Part shown: positions 9,604-19,500 of the stretch, piece by piece
How positions within the stretch are numbered: the stretch's first letter is position 1
Layout: every line of letters starts with the position of its first letter
Assembly (NCBI GenBank): GCA_963722605.1
Contig: CAVRNO010000003.1
Location: forward strand, 632,700 to 696,699
Reading direction: 5' to 3'
Source of the DNA: Candidatus Binataceae bacterium
GTDB taxonomy: Bacteria; Desulfobacterota; Binatia; Binatales; Binataceae
Length of the DNA: 64,000 nt
Position numbers and translations under genes: made by a program
The notes under the pieces: model-generated
What the model saw: only the letters and a program-made list of their open reading frames with translations
Database searches by the model: none
Told to the model about the DNA's origin: nothing

Positions 9604-10638
9604 ATGCTTAAAACCGGAGTCGTCGCGGATCGCCGCTACCTGAAGCATTTCGCCGGCCGGGTGCATCCCGAGCGCCCGCAGCGCGCCGAGGTGATGATCG
9701 AGATGGCGGAGTCGCTGACGCGGCCGAATCTGAGGATGATGGCGCCGCGCGAAGCGACGCACGCGGAAATCGCGAGCTGTCACGCCTCCGAGTATATCGC
9801 GGCGATCGCGCGGACGGCGTCGGTGGATCGGTTCGATCTGGATCCGGATACGCACAGCTCGCGCGATTCGTACCAGACCGCGATCCTGGCGGCGGGCGGC
9901 GTGCTTACGGCGGTCGAGGCGGTGATGGACGGAGCAATAGATAATGGATTTGCTATTGTTCGGCCGCCGGGGCATCACGCACTGCCTAATCGCGCGATGG
10001 GATTCTGCTTCTTCAACAACGTTGCAATCGCGGCGAAGTGGCTAATCGAAAAACGGGGACTCAAGCGGGTGATGATCGTCGATTGGGACGTGCATCATGG
10101 CAACGGCTTGCAGGACATATTTTACGAATCGCCCGAAGTGCTTTACGTATCCACGCATCAGTTCCCGGATTACCCCGGCACCGGCTCGCTCCACGAGATC
10201 GGGTACGGCGCCGGACTGGGATTCACCGTGAATGCGCCGATGCCGGCGGGATTCGGCGACGCCGAGTATCTCCGCGTGTTCGATCGCCTGATAATGCCGA
10301 TCGGACGCCATTTCAAACCCGAGTTTATCCTCGTCGCGTGCGGCTTCGACGGGCATTTCCGCGATCCGCTCGCGCAGATGCGCGTGACGGAGGCGGGATT
10401 TGCGGCGATGGCGCGGCGGGTAAAGCGGATTGCCGCGGAATGCTGCGGCGGGAAGTTGGTCGCGGCGCTGGAAGGCGGCTACGACCTGGAAGCGATCGCG
10501 GAGTCGGGACGCGCGGTGATCGACGAATTCGGACGCGACGCCGACGAGCCGATTCGTCCGGATGACGGAGGCGACCGGGCGATGCCGATGATCGAGCGGG
10601 CGGCGCATAATATCGGCCGCTTCTGGAATCTGGGCTAG
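9604..10638 (+). CDS. Histone deacetylase-family (class II-like) amidohydrolase
   Basis: HPERP, RPPGHHA, GFCFFNN, DWDVHHGNG, LEGGY. Confidence 0.93.
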   Translation: MLKTGVVADRRYLKHFAGRVHPERPQRAEVMIEMAESLTRPNLRMMAPREATHAEIASCHASEYIAAIARTASVDRFDLDPDTHSSRDSYQTAILAAGGVLTAVEAVMDGAIDNGFAIVRPPGHHALPNRAMGFCFFNNVAIAAKWLIEKRGLKRVMIVDWDVHHGNGLQDIFYESPEVLYVSTHQFPDYPGTGSLHEIGYGAGLGFTVNAPMPAGFGDAEYLRVFDRLIMPIGRHFKPEFILVACGFDGHFRDPLAQMRVTEAGFAAMARRVKRIAAECCGGKLVAALEGGYDLEAIAESGRAVIDEFGRDADEPIRPDDGGDRAMPMIERAAHNIGRFWNLG

Positions 10639-10646
10639 GGGGATAG

Positions 10647-12146
10647 ATGCCGCCTTCGCCGCGCTATCCGGACAACGGCCCGGGTGAGAACGGGGACGCG
10701 CGCCGCCGGCTGGTCTCAATAGGCAGTTCCGATTCGCGCGATTACCCACTAGACAAACAGACAATAGCCATTGGCAGCCATCCGTCGAACGACGTAGTAA
10801 TCGAGGGGACGGCGGTGTCGCGCCGTCACGCCACGATCACGCGCAAGCCGGGCGGCTTCGAGCTGGCGGACCTCGGCTCGACCAACGGCACGTTCGTCAA
10901 CGGCGGGCGGGTGCGCAAAGCGATCGCGCTGAAGCGCGGCGACGAGATCAAATTCGGCTCTGCGCGTTTTGCGTTCATCGCCGCGGGAGATCCGATACCG
11001 GCGCCGGCTCGCGTCCGAAGCGGGCTCGGGCTGGTGCTTGCGACCATAGCCGTGATGTTCATCGCGGGATTTGCGGGAGTTCGTTACCGAAGCGAGATCG
11101 GCCCCGCCGCGTCGGGAATCGCCGCATGGATTTCGTCACGGCGGGCAAGCTCCGCGCCTTCGACGGCGAGTACTCAGCCGGCATCGGTCGATTCGCAAGC
11201 AAAGGCATCTTCAACGCCGGCGCTGGCGGCGAGTCCCGCGGCAGTCGAGCCCGAATGGCTAAGGCGGGTGAACTACTACCGCGCGATGGCGAGGCTGGCG
11301 CCGATAGTCGAAGATCCGGTGCTGAGCAAGGGCGATCTGGCGCACGCGACTTATGTCGTCAGGAACTACCGTGAAGCGATCGAGCATCGGGGCCTCGGCG
11401 CCGAGATGCATACGGAAGATCCGGGGAGCCCAAACTTTACGCCCGAAGGGCTCGAAGCGGCCAAGGCCAGCGACATGGATGTGTGGTTCATGCCGGAGCA
11501 CCCGGCGGGCGCGATCGAGGCGCCCGGTGGGTCCGACCCGGACGAATGGCTGGCGCAACGAGCAGTGGGCTCGCCGGCATGGTCGATCGACGGATGGATG
11601 TCGATACCGTTCCATCGCATGCCGATACTCAATCCGCGGCTCGGCAGCGCGGGCTTCGGAATCTACTGCGAGTCGGGAGCATGCGCGGCGGGACTCAACT
11701 TATTGAACGGCGCGCAGCGGAAATTGCCGGCGGGCGGCGCGGAGAGCGGGCCGATCGAGTTTCCTCCCGACGGCGCGAGCGTCGCGATAACGTCGTTCGG
11801 CAACGAATGGCCCAATCCGCGCACCAACTGTCCGGGCTACGAGCCGCCCAGCGGACTGGCTATTACACTTCAGCTTGGCGCCGGGATGGATACGCATCTC
11901 GGCGAATACTCAGTTGCGCGGGAAGACGCCGACGGCAGCCGCGCCGCAGTCGAAGCATGCGGATTCGATTCGACTAGCTACTCGAATCCGGATGGATACT
12001 CACAAGAACTGGGGCGAAACGTTCTGAGGTCCTACGGCACGGTGGTGGTGATTCCGCGCGCGCCGCTTGACAAAGGCGCGAAGTACGCGGTGTCGATGAG
12101 CGCGAACGGAAAGCAGTACGACTGGACTTTCTCCACGCGTCCATGA
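10647..12146 (+). CDS. FHA domain + TM helix + CAP/SCP-like extracytoplasmic domain protein
   Basis: FHA: IGS...VSRRHA...DLGSTNGTFVNG; TM at about aa 126-145; CAP-like: VNYYRAMA, HATY, H.E, WMSIPFHRMPILNP. Confidence 0.8.
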   Translation: MPPSPRYPDNGPGENGDARRRLVSIGSSDSRDYPLDKQTIAIGSHPSNDVVIEGTAVSRRHATITRKPGGFELADLGSTNGTFVNGGRVRKAIALKRGDEIKFGSARFAFIAAGDPIPAPARVRSGLGLVLATIAVMFIAGFAGVRYRSEIGPAASGIAAWISSRRASSAPSTASTQPASVDSQAKASSTPALAASPAAVEPEWLRRVNYYRAMARLAPIVEDPVLSKGDLAHATYVVRNYREAIEHRGLGAEMHTEDPGSPNFTPEGLEAAKASDMDVWFMPEHPAGAIEAPGGSDPDEWLAQRAVGSPAWSIDGWMSIPFHRMPILNPRLGSAGFGIYCESGACAAGLNLLNGAQRKLPAGGAESGPIEFPPDGASVAITSFGNEWPNPRTNCPGYEPPSGLAITLQLGAGMDTHLGEYSVAREDADGSRAAVEACGFDSTSYSNPDGYSQELGRNVLRSYGTVVVIPRAPLDKGAKYAVSMSANGKQYDWTFSTRP

Positions 12147-12156
12147 TGCGGAGTGG

Positions 12157-13401
12157 CTAACGCTGGAAATCGATCGCGATGATTGTCGCGAGCGAATCGA
12201 GCGCGCTGTCGGGCGTCGCGATCACGAGCTCGCCGATCGGATCAGCGTTGAACAGCGCATCGACGGCGGCGATTCGCTTGCGCAGCTTGAGCGAGATCGT
12301 GCTTGCCAGCGGACGTACGTCGCCGACGTGGCGCACCTTGACGCCGCGCACCGAGACGGACTCGTACGGCTTCATCAACAGGTGCAGATAGACGCGGTTG
12401 CCGCGGCGCGTTGACGGTCCGTAGAACTGCCACGGCTCGAGCCCGGGGTCGGCGCCGATGATCGCCTCATTGTTGCGGTCCATCCAGTCGCCAATCGCCC
12501 GGAGGCGCTCGAGCTGTTCGGGCGGGAGGGCGCCGTCGCCCATCGGGCTCACGTTGAGCAGCAGATTTCCACCCTTGCCGGCGACTTCGCACAGCGTATG
12601 GATCAGCGAGCGGACCGATTTGAAGTCCTTGTCCGACGGATTGTAACCCCAACTGTTGTTGATCGTCAGGCAGGTTTCCCACGGGCCTTGCGGGGGCGTG
12701 GGCGGAACGGCCTGCTCGGGGGTCTGATAATCGCCGTAGCCGGGGATGCGATCGTTGATGACGACGCCGGGCTGGAGCGAACGGATCATCTCGACGAACT
12801 CGCGCGACTTCCATTCCTCGGGCGTGCGTTCCCATCCGCCGTCGAACCAGAGCAGATCGATCTTGCCGTAGTTGGTCAGCAGCTCGCGCATCTGGGCGAA
12901 CATGAAGGTTATGAAGCGATCCCACTGTTCAGGCGTCGAGCGGCGCCAGTTGCCCCATTGGTAGGGCCGGTCGGAATCGAGAAACGCCGGGTAGTCGGGA
13001 TGATGCCAGTCGATAAGTGAGTAATAGAGTCCGAGCTTGAGGCCCTCGGCGCGGAACGCATCTATATATTCACGGACTATATCGCGCTTGAACGGCGAAT
13101 ACTCAATTGAATAGTCAGAATGCTTCGTATGGAACATCGAGAAACCGTCGTGATGCTTGCTGGTGAGGACTGCATATTGCATCCCGGCGCGTTTTGCGGT
13201 CCGCGCCAGCGCGCGCGCATCCCACTTGGTCGGATTAAACGTCGTGGCGGTCGAGTGATATTCGTCAACTCCGACGCTTTGGCCGTAGGGCAGCGCGCCG
13301 ACACCGCCGACCAGCGGCCACGACAACTCGATCCCGCGCTGGCTGCAATGCCCCCAGTGGATGAACATTCCGAATCTCGCCTTGTCAAACCACGATTCCA
13401 T
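12157..13401 (-). CDS. Alpha-L-fucosidase (GH29)
   Basis: WFDKARFGMFIHWG, KHHDGF, LWFDGGW, GGNLLLNV. Confidence 0.92.
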   Translation of the reverse strand: MESWFDKARFGMFIHWGHCSQRGIELSWPLVGGVGALPYGQSVGVDEYHSTATTFNPTKWDARALARTAKRAGMQYAVLTSKHHDGFSMFHTKHSDYSIEYSPFKRDIVREYIDAFRAEGLKLGLYYSLIDWHHPDYPAFLDSDRPYQWGNWRRSTPEQWDRFITFMFAQMRELLTNYGKIDLLWFDGGWERTPEEWKSREFVEMIRSLQPGVVINDRIPGYGDYQTPEQAVPPTPPQGPWETCLTINNSWGYNPSDKDFKSVRSLIHTLCEVAGKGGNLLLNVSPMGDGALPPEQLERLRAIGDWMDRNNEAIIGADPGLEPWQFYGPSTRRGNRVYLHLLMKPYESVSVRGVKVRHVGDVRPLASTISLKLRKRIAAVDALFNADPIGELVIATPDSALDSLATIIAIDFQR

Positions 13402-13564
13402 AGCGGGGCATTGTCGCCCGCATCAAACACGTTTGTCCATCCCGAGCCGGGCATCCCGGTGCGGCTCTTGCAGATTGGCGACGCCTCGAATACTTCCATG
13501 GAGGACTGTGGGCATAACCTTATGCACGGGCGCTTGATTGTTCGTGCGAATGCGAGTGGATAAA

Positions 13565-14125
13565 ATGAAACGCAACTCCTTTAGATTATCGTGTCTTGCG
13601 GTCGTGGCGGTGCTGACGTTTGCCTCGGCGTGCAAAGGCGCAACGGATGGACTTCCAGTGAGAAACACAGGTCATTACGCAATCATCGAGACCGAGCGCG
13701 GCACCATAATCGTCGAGCTGTACCCGGCGGTCGCACCCAAGACGGTCGCGAATTTCGAGACGCTGGTGAACAAGGGCTTTTACAACGGCCTGACCTGGCA
13801 TCGCGTCGTCCCGGACTTCGTCATACAGGGCGGAGATCCTGACGGGACGGGAGCCGGCGGACCGGGCTACACGGTGCCGGGCGAGATCGACACCAACGAG
13901 CATCACCTGCGCGGCAGCCTGGCCACCGCGCGCACGGGCGACCAAGTTAATCCGCAACGCGAGTCCAGCGGCAGCCAGTTCTACATCTGCCTGGAGCCGC
14001 AGCCGGGACTCGACGGCCAATACACCATCTTCGGCGGCGTGATTAAGGGGATGGACGCGGTCGATCAGATTCGCAAGGGCGACCACATGAAGAAAATCAC
14101 GCTCGCGAAGGAGCCGCCCAAGTAA
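13565..14125 (+). CDS. Cyclophilin-type peptidyl-prolyl isomerase, lipoprotein
   Basis: FYNGLTWHRVVPDFVIQGGDP, SGSQFYI; lipobox-like ASAC. Confidence 0.92.
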   Translation: MKRNSFRLSCLAVVAVLTFASACKGATDGLPVRNTGHYAIIETERGTIIVELYPAVAPKTVANFETLVNKGFYNGLTWHRVVPDFVIQGGDPDGTGAGGPGYTVPGEIDTNEHHLRGSLATARTGDQVNPQRESSGSQFYICLEPQPGLDGQYTIFGGVIKGMDAVDQIRKGDHMKKITLAKEPPK

Positions 14126-14141
14126 GCGCGGCGCGTCGCAA

Positions 14142-14882
14142 ATGGCGGATTCACGAAGCGGGCACCCCCATCGGGCGGGGCCCTACTTCACCGTTGACCT
14201 GCATCTGCACACCAACCGCGGCAGTTCGGACTCGAACCTGGCGCCCAAAGACCTGGTCGATCGCGCGCGCGCGATCGGAATCGGCGCGGTCTGCATCACC
14301 GAGCACGACAACATGTGGGATTCCCGCGAGGTCGCGGCGCTAGCGGCCGGCTCGGGCGTGATTTTTATCCGCGGGATGGAAGTCACGACCGACATGGGGC
14401 ATGTCGGCGCGTTCGGGCTCGAGCGGTACGTCGGAGGGATCTACAAGCTGGCCGAACTGCGGCGCGTGGTGAACCTCGAAGGCGGGATACTGATCGCGAA
14501 TCATCCGTTCCGCTACAAACTCGACCCGCGCTTTTCGTTCATCAACCCGGGCTCAGAGCCGATCGATCCAACTTATCCGGAGCGCGCGGCCAAGCTCGAA
14601 ATCTTCGAGATGGTCGATGCGATCGAAGTGCTCAACGGCGCGTGCGGTGAGGACGAGAATGTGTTCGCGCTCAAGGTCGCGCGCCAGCTTGGGATGGCGG
14701 AAGTGGCGGGCTCGGACTCGCATTCGGCGGGCTCGGTGGGATGCGTGACGACGCTGCTCGACGGGCCGATCAAGGACGAGCGCGAGCTTATCGATGCGAT
14801 CCAATCCCGGCGATGCCGCGCGGGTCGCGGCCTCTTGAGGGGTGAGCTTGCGCCCTTCGAGCTGCCGGCGGACGGCGGCTAA
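14142..14882 (+). CDS. PHP-domain metal-dependent phosphoesterase
   Basis: DLHLHT, ITEHD, NHPFR, GSDSH. Confidence 0.88.
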   Translation: MADSRSGHPHRAGPYFTVDLHLHTNRGSSDSNLAPKDLVDRARAIGIGAVCITEHDNMWDSREVAALAAGSGVIFIRGMEVTTDMGHVGAFGLERYVGGIYKLAELRRVVNLEGGILIANHPFRYKLDPRFSFINPGSEPIDPTYPERAAKLEIFEMVDAIEVLNGACGEDENVFALKVARQLGMAEVAGSDSHSAGSVGCVTTLLDGPIKDERELIDAIQSRRCRAGRGLLRGELAPFELPADGG

Positions 14883-15049
14883 CGCTCGGCAGGATGCGCC
14901 TGAGATACGGCGTTTTCCTTTCGCTCGCGGCTTTGCCAGATTTGAAAGGAAATCCAGCAAGGAGCACGCGGACTGGATTGCGCGCGCGGCACTGTTCGGC
15001 GCGCGATCGATCCGATAAGATTTGCGCGCTGCCGCTAGAGACTTTACCG

Positions 15050-17425
15050 ATGAATGCCAACAAGGATCGCCTCGCTCTGATCGAGCATCTCTCCGCGATC
15101 GGCAGCGAACATTCCGAGGATCTCCGCGAGACCCTGGACCGGGTCGCGCTGGCGATCGCCACCGGCATGGAGGCGGAGGTGTGCTCGCTCTACCTCTTCG
15201 ATCCGCAGCGCGAGCGACTGGTGTTGCGCGCCACGGTGGGACTCGATCGCGAATCGGTCGGCAAGGTTTCGATGCGGCTGAACGAGGGGCTGGTCGGGCT
15301 GGTGCTGGAGAAAGATGAACCGGTTTGCGTGCCCGACGCGATGAGCCATCCGCGCTACAAGTACTTTCCCGAGACCGGCGAGGAGCGCTTCCATACTTTC
15401 CTGGGGGTGCCGGTCCGCGACGGCCGCAAGAAGCCGCTCGGAGTGCTGGTGGCGCAGACGCTCGAGCGGCGCAAATTCAACAAGAGCGAAATCCGCCTGC
15501 TCAATACCGCCGGCAACCAGGTCGCGCAAATTCTTTCTCATTTCAGGCTGCGCGAATCGCTGGCCACCAAGGAAAAAGAGCGGCTCGAATATCGCCGCCG
15601 GATGATCGAGGCCAACCGCCAGCTCAAGGATTACGAAAAAGTCGGCGGCAAGACGCGCCACGCGCCGCCGGCGAAGATTCGCCGTCCGCGGCTGGCAGGG
15701 CTTTCCGCGTCGCCCGGATTTGCGCAGGGAAACGCGCACGTGGTCGGCGCACTTCTAAGCAGCGTCGATCGCCACCAGAAGTCCCAAGACCCCAAGGCCG
15801 AGGTCAGGCGCTTCGAGGAGGCGCTCGCGCGTTCGCTGGCCGAGCTGGCGACGCTGCGGACGCGGATGGAGCCGCTGATGCCCGAGTCGGACCTGAAGAT
15901 CTTCGACGGCCATCGCATGATTCTCGAAGACGAGGAGTTCGTCGGCCGCATCCGCGACGCAATCGCCGACGGCTACACCGCCGAGAGCGCGCTGTTCCGG
16001 GTAATCGAGGAGCTGAGCGCCTCGATGCTGGCGGTCGCGGACAATTATTTGCGCGAGCGCGCGACCGACTTTCGCGACGTCGGCCATCGCCTGTTGCGTC
16101 ATCTGCGCCACGAGGAAAAGCGGGCGCCCTTCGCCAGGCCGACGATTATAATCGCCGAGGAGCTTACGCTCTCGCAGTTGATGCTGGCCAGCCACGACAA
16201 GCTGGCGGGTATCGCGCTGCAATCGGGCGGCGTCACCTCGCACGCGGCGATCCTGGCGCGGGCGTTTGAAATCCCGACCGTAGTCGGCGTCGAGCATCTG
16301 ATGGAATCCGTGATCGAGGGCGATCAACTCGTGCTCGACGGCAACTCGGGCGTGGTGTACGTCAATCCCCCCGCCGAGATCGAGCGCGACTACGTGAGCC
16401 TGTCCAAGCGCTACGAGGCTTTCAAGCGCGAGCTAATCGAGGAGGGCAACGCGCCGACCGCGACCCGCGACGGCCATCGCGTCATGCTGCTGGCGAATAT
16501 CGCGCTGCTGCCGGATATCCACCTGGCGTTGCGCTACGGCGCCGAGGGCGTCGGGCTGCTGCGTTCGGAATTTTCGTTCCTGACCTACGAGGATTTTCCC
16601 GACGAGACTCAGCAGCTCGCGCTGTACGCCAAGATGCTCGAGGCGCTGGGCAAGCGCCCGATCACGATTCGCACGCTCGATATCGGCGCCGACAAGTATC
16701 CGGGGTACATGCGGGTGCCGCGCGAGGAAAATCCGTTCCTCGGCTGGCGTTCGATACGGATCTCGCTCGAGATGCCGGGGCTGTTCAAAGTTCAGCTCCG
16801 CGCCATTCTGCGCGCCGCCGCCAAGCACAACGTCCGCATCATGTTCCCGATGATCTCGAGCCTGGAGGAATTGCGCCGCGCCAAGGAATTGCTGGCCGAG
16901 TCGCAGGCCGAGCTGTTCAAGGAAGGACTCGAGCACAATCCCAATATCGAAGTCGGGATCATGGTCGAAGTGCCGTCGGCGGTGTGGCTGGCGCCGCGGC
17001 TTGCGCGCGAGGTCGATTTTTTCTCGATCGGAACCAACGATCTGATCCAGTACCTGCTCGCCGCCGATCGCAACAATCGCAAGGTCGCGCACCTGTACGA
17101 GGCGCTGCATCCGGCGGTCATTTCCGCCATCGCCGAGGTCGTCAACGTCGCGCGCGCGGCCGACAAGGAAGTTTGCCTGTGCGGCGAGATGGCCAGCGAT
17201 CCGCTGGCATCGCTGCTGCTGGTCGGGATGGGGCTTGACGAACTAAGCCTGAGCCCGCTGTTCATTCCGGTGGTGCGCAAAGTCATTCGGGAGGTCGATT
17301 ATCAGACCGCCCGCCTGATCGCGCGTGAGACTTTACAAATGGCGAGCGTGCAGGAAATCAAGGGTTACCTGATCGAACGCTATCGCGACCTGGGCCTGAT
17401 CAATCTGGTCGAAATGTACCGCTAG
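15050..17425 (+). CDS. ptsP: Phosphoenolpyruvate-protein phosphotransferase with N-terminal GAF domain (EI-Ntr)
   Basis: GAF domain; phospho-His motif GGVTSHAAILAR; RTLDIGADK, ENPFLGWR, SIGTNDL, CGEMA. Confidence 0.95.
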   Translation: MNANKDRLALIEHLSAIGSEHSEDLRETLDRVALAIATGMEAEVCSLYLFDPQRERLVLRATVGLDRESVGKVSMRLNEGLVGLVLEKDEPVCVPDAMSHPRYKYFPETGEERFHTFLGVPVRDGRKKPLGVLVAQTLERRKFNKSEIRLLNTAGNQVAQILSHFRLRESLATKEKERLEYRRRMIEANRQLKDYEKVGGKTRHAPPAKIRRPRLAGLSASPGFAQGNAHVVGALLSSVDRHQKSQDPKAEVRRFEEALARSLAELATLRTRMEPLMPESDLKIFDGHRMILEDEEFVGRIRDAIADGYTAESALFRVIEELSASMLAVADNYLRERATDFRDVGHRLLRHLRHEEKRAPFARPTIIIAEELTLSQLMLASHDKLAGIALQSGGVTSHAAILARAFEIPTVVGVEHLMESVIEGDQLVLDGNSGVVYVNPPAEIERDYVSLSKRYEAFKRELIEEGNAPTATRDGHRVMLLANIALLPDIHLALRYGAEGVGLLRSEFSFLTYEDFPDETQQLALYAKMLEALGKRPITIRTLDIGADKYPGYMRVPREENPFLGWRSIRISLEMPGLFKVQLRAILRAAAKHNVRIMFPMISSLEELRRAKELLAESQAELFKEGLEHNPNIEVGIMVEVPSAVWLAPRLAREVDFFSIGTNDLIQYLLAADRNNRKVAHLYEALHPAVISAIAEVVNVARAADKEVCLCGEMASDPLASLLLVGMGLDELSLSPLFIPVVRKVIREVDYQTARLIARETLQMASVQEIKGYLIERYRDLGLINLVEMYR

Positions 17426-17493
17426 TAACGCTGGGCCGAATCGTCGCGATTGATTCCTCGACTTTGGCGCTGCTAAGGTGTTTGAATCGATTG

Positions 17494-17522
17494 TTGACAT
17501 AATCAGTCGGGAATTGTTTACT
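17494..17522 (+). promoter_or_regulatory. Putative sigma70 promoter of the radical SAM gene
   Basis: TTGACA (17494-17499), 17 bp spacer, TTTACT. Confidence 0.5.
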
Positions 17523-17526
17523 GTCT

Positions 17527-17542
17527 CTGACCGACCGGTTAG
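17527..17542. promoter_or_regulatory. Palindromic operator-like site 1 (CTGACCGACCGGTTAG)
   Basis: Near-perfect palindrome just downstream of the -10; 13/16 identical to the site at 25599. Confidence 0.65.
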
Positions 17543-17628
17543 ATACCGTCAGCCCCTGCGTTCGGGTATGATACGCAGGATGGGCAGGCTGGGGTAGGAA
17601 ACAAAGCAGAAGATCTGAGGATCTATCG

Positions 17629-19500
17629 ATGGTATTTCTTATATTTTTCGGCGCATTTCTGGTTTTCGCGGCGAGTATCCTCTACTGGCTGTTAGGGACG
17701 AATCGTTACGGCGGTGATCGTCCCGCCGCCAAGCTTCAGTTGACCGCACGCCAGGGTGCGATCGCCGAGGCGGCGATAAAGCCCGAGCCTTGCCGCACGA
17801 TTCGCGTCTATTTCATCAAACCCTCGCGGTACGACGAGGAGGGATTCGTCCAATACTTCCGCTACGGCGTTCAGCCCAACAACACTTTGACGGTGCTGAC
17901 GGCGCTCAACGAGGCGTTCAACAAGCGTTACGCGGTCGAGCGAAACGTCCGGCTCGAGACGGTAATTTGGGACGAAATCTGCGACGGGGTAGTCAGCCCC
18001 GAGACGATCAAGGCGATAAAGGAAAAGGCGCGCGAAGATGGCGTCGAGTTGCTGATCGGGCTGGCCGGGGTGCAATCGAATCAGTATCCGCGCGGGCGTG
18101 ACCTCGCGCTTCAGTTCGTCGCCGAAGGCCTGCCCACGATGATGGGCGGCTTCCATGTCAGCGGCTTTCCGGATTCGCGCAAGTTCCTGAACGAGTGCGG
18201 CGTCACGACCGTGATCGGCGAGGCGGAAAACATCTGGGGCTATATCGTCGAGGACTTCCTGCGCGGCGAGCTGCGCAAGAGTTATTCGGTGACGGAGGGA
18301 ATTCGCGCGAAGACCGGCCAGGACGACATCACGGTTCCGCTGATCACAGAGACACTGCTGCCGACGCTGGACGATCGTTACCTGACGCGATTTTTCAACG
18401 ATACGATGACCACGCTCGACACTTCGCGCGGATGCCCGTTCACCTGCTCGTATTGCAGCGTGAAAAACGTGATGGGCCGCACGATGCGCTCGCGCGAGCC
18501 CGACGCGGTGGTAAGCTGGGTGCGCGACGCATGCCGCAACCACGGGATCGAGTCGCTGTTCCTGGTGGACGACGATTTTTTCCGCTCGCCGCGATGGGAA
18601 GAAATTCTCACCGGCTTGATCGAGGTGAAGAAGGACTATCCCAAGCTTTCCTTCATGATGCAGGTGGACGTCGATGCGTCGTGCTACGCGAACGTCGCCG
18701 ACGGCGAGACCGAGACCGCCAAGCATCGGCGCAGCAAACGTTTCACCGAGCTGGCCGCAGCCGCGGGATGCTACCAGGCGTTCGTCGGAATCGAGTCGCT
18801 CAACCCCGACAACCTGAACTTTGCGACCAAGTACCAGAACACCGACAACCGCCAGAACAAGTGGTCGCTGGAAAAGGCGCGCGCGCACGTGATCGACAAG
18901 TATCGCCGCGTGGTCGAGAACTGGCACAAAGTCGGTGTGTCGGTGCATGCCGGCTACATGCTGGGATTCCCGTTCGACGGTCCCGATTGCGGGCGGGTGG
19001 CGGTGGCGACGCTGAAGAAGATCGGATTTGACCTGGTGTCGTTCTTTATCATGACTCCGCTGCCGGGCACTGAAGATCAGGCGCGCTTCACCCGGGAAGG
19101 CAAGATCACCGACTGGGACTTCAACCAGCTCGACTCGCAGCACGTCACGCTCAAGCACGACAGGATGGACAAGGAAAGCTGGCTCGGCGCGTACCGCGAC
19201 GCTTACAAGGGCTTCTATTCGATCCCGCGCCTGCTCTACAGCATTTTCACCATCTCCGCCGGGCGCGGACTCAGCGCGGAGGCGCGCTGCTCGACGCTGC
19301 GCCAGTTCACCTATTATTTCTTCAGCCATCGCCAGGGACGCCATCCGATGGTCGGCGGGGTATGGCCGATTCGCCGGCGCGACGTCCGCCGGATGGCAGT
19401 CAGCGACGACGAGGCGCGCCGCTGCTACCTGGGCGGGAAGCGCTTCGACGCGATTTTGCGCGGCGACGCCGGCGATGGATTCGCCGGGGCTCCGGCCTAA
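17629..19500 (+). CDS. Membrane-anchored B12-binding-like radical SAM protein of unknown function
   Basis: N-terminal TM helix; RGCPFTCSYC; VDDDFF, FVGIES, TPLPGT class-B-like motifs; N-terminus unlike HpnP, HpnR or HpnJ. Confidence 0.85.
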   Translation: MVFLIFFGAFLVFAASILYWLLGTNRYGGDRPAAKLQLTARQGAIAEAAIKPEPCRTIRVYFIKPSRYDEEGFVQYFRYGVQPNNTLTVLTALNEAFNKRYAVERNVRLETVIWDEICDGVVSPETIKAIKEKAREDGVELLIGLAGVQSNQYPRGRDLALQFVAEGLPTMMGGFHVSGFPDSRKFLNECGVTTVIGEAENIWGYIVEDFLRGELRKSYSVTEGIRAKTGQDDITVPLITETLLPTLDDRYLTRFFNDTMTTLDTSRGCPFTCSYCSVKNVMGRTMRSREPDAVVSWVRDACRNHGIESLFLVDDDFFRSPRWEEILTGLIEVKKDYPKLSFMMQVDVDASCYANVADGETETAKHRRSKRFTELAAAAGCYQAFVGIESLNPDNLNFATKYQNTDNRQNKWSLEKARAHVIDKYRRVVENWHKVGVSVHAGYMLGFPFDGPDCGRVAVATLKKIGFDLVSFFIMTPLPGTEDQARFTREGKITDWDFNQLDSQHVTLKHDRMDKESWLGAYRDAYKGFYSIPRLLYSIFTISAGRGLSAEARCSTLRQFTYYFFSHRQGRHPMVGGVWPIRRRDVRRMAVSDDEARRCYLGGKRFDAILRGDAGDGFAGAPA

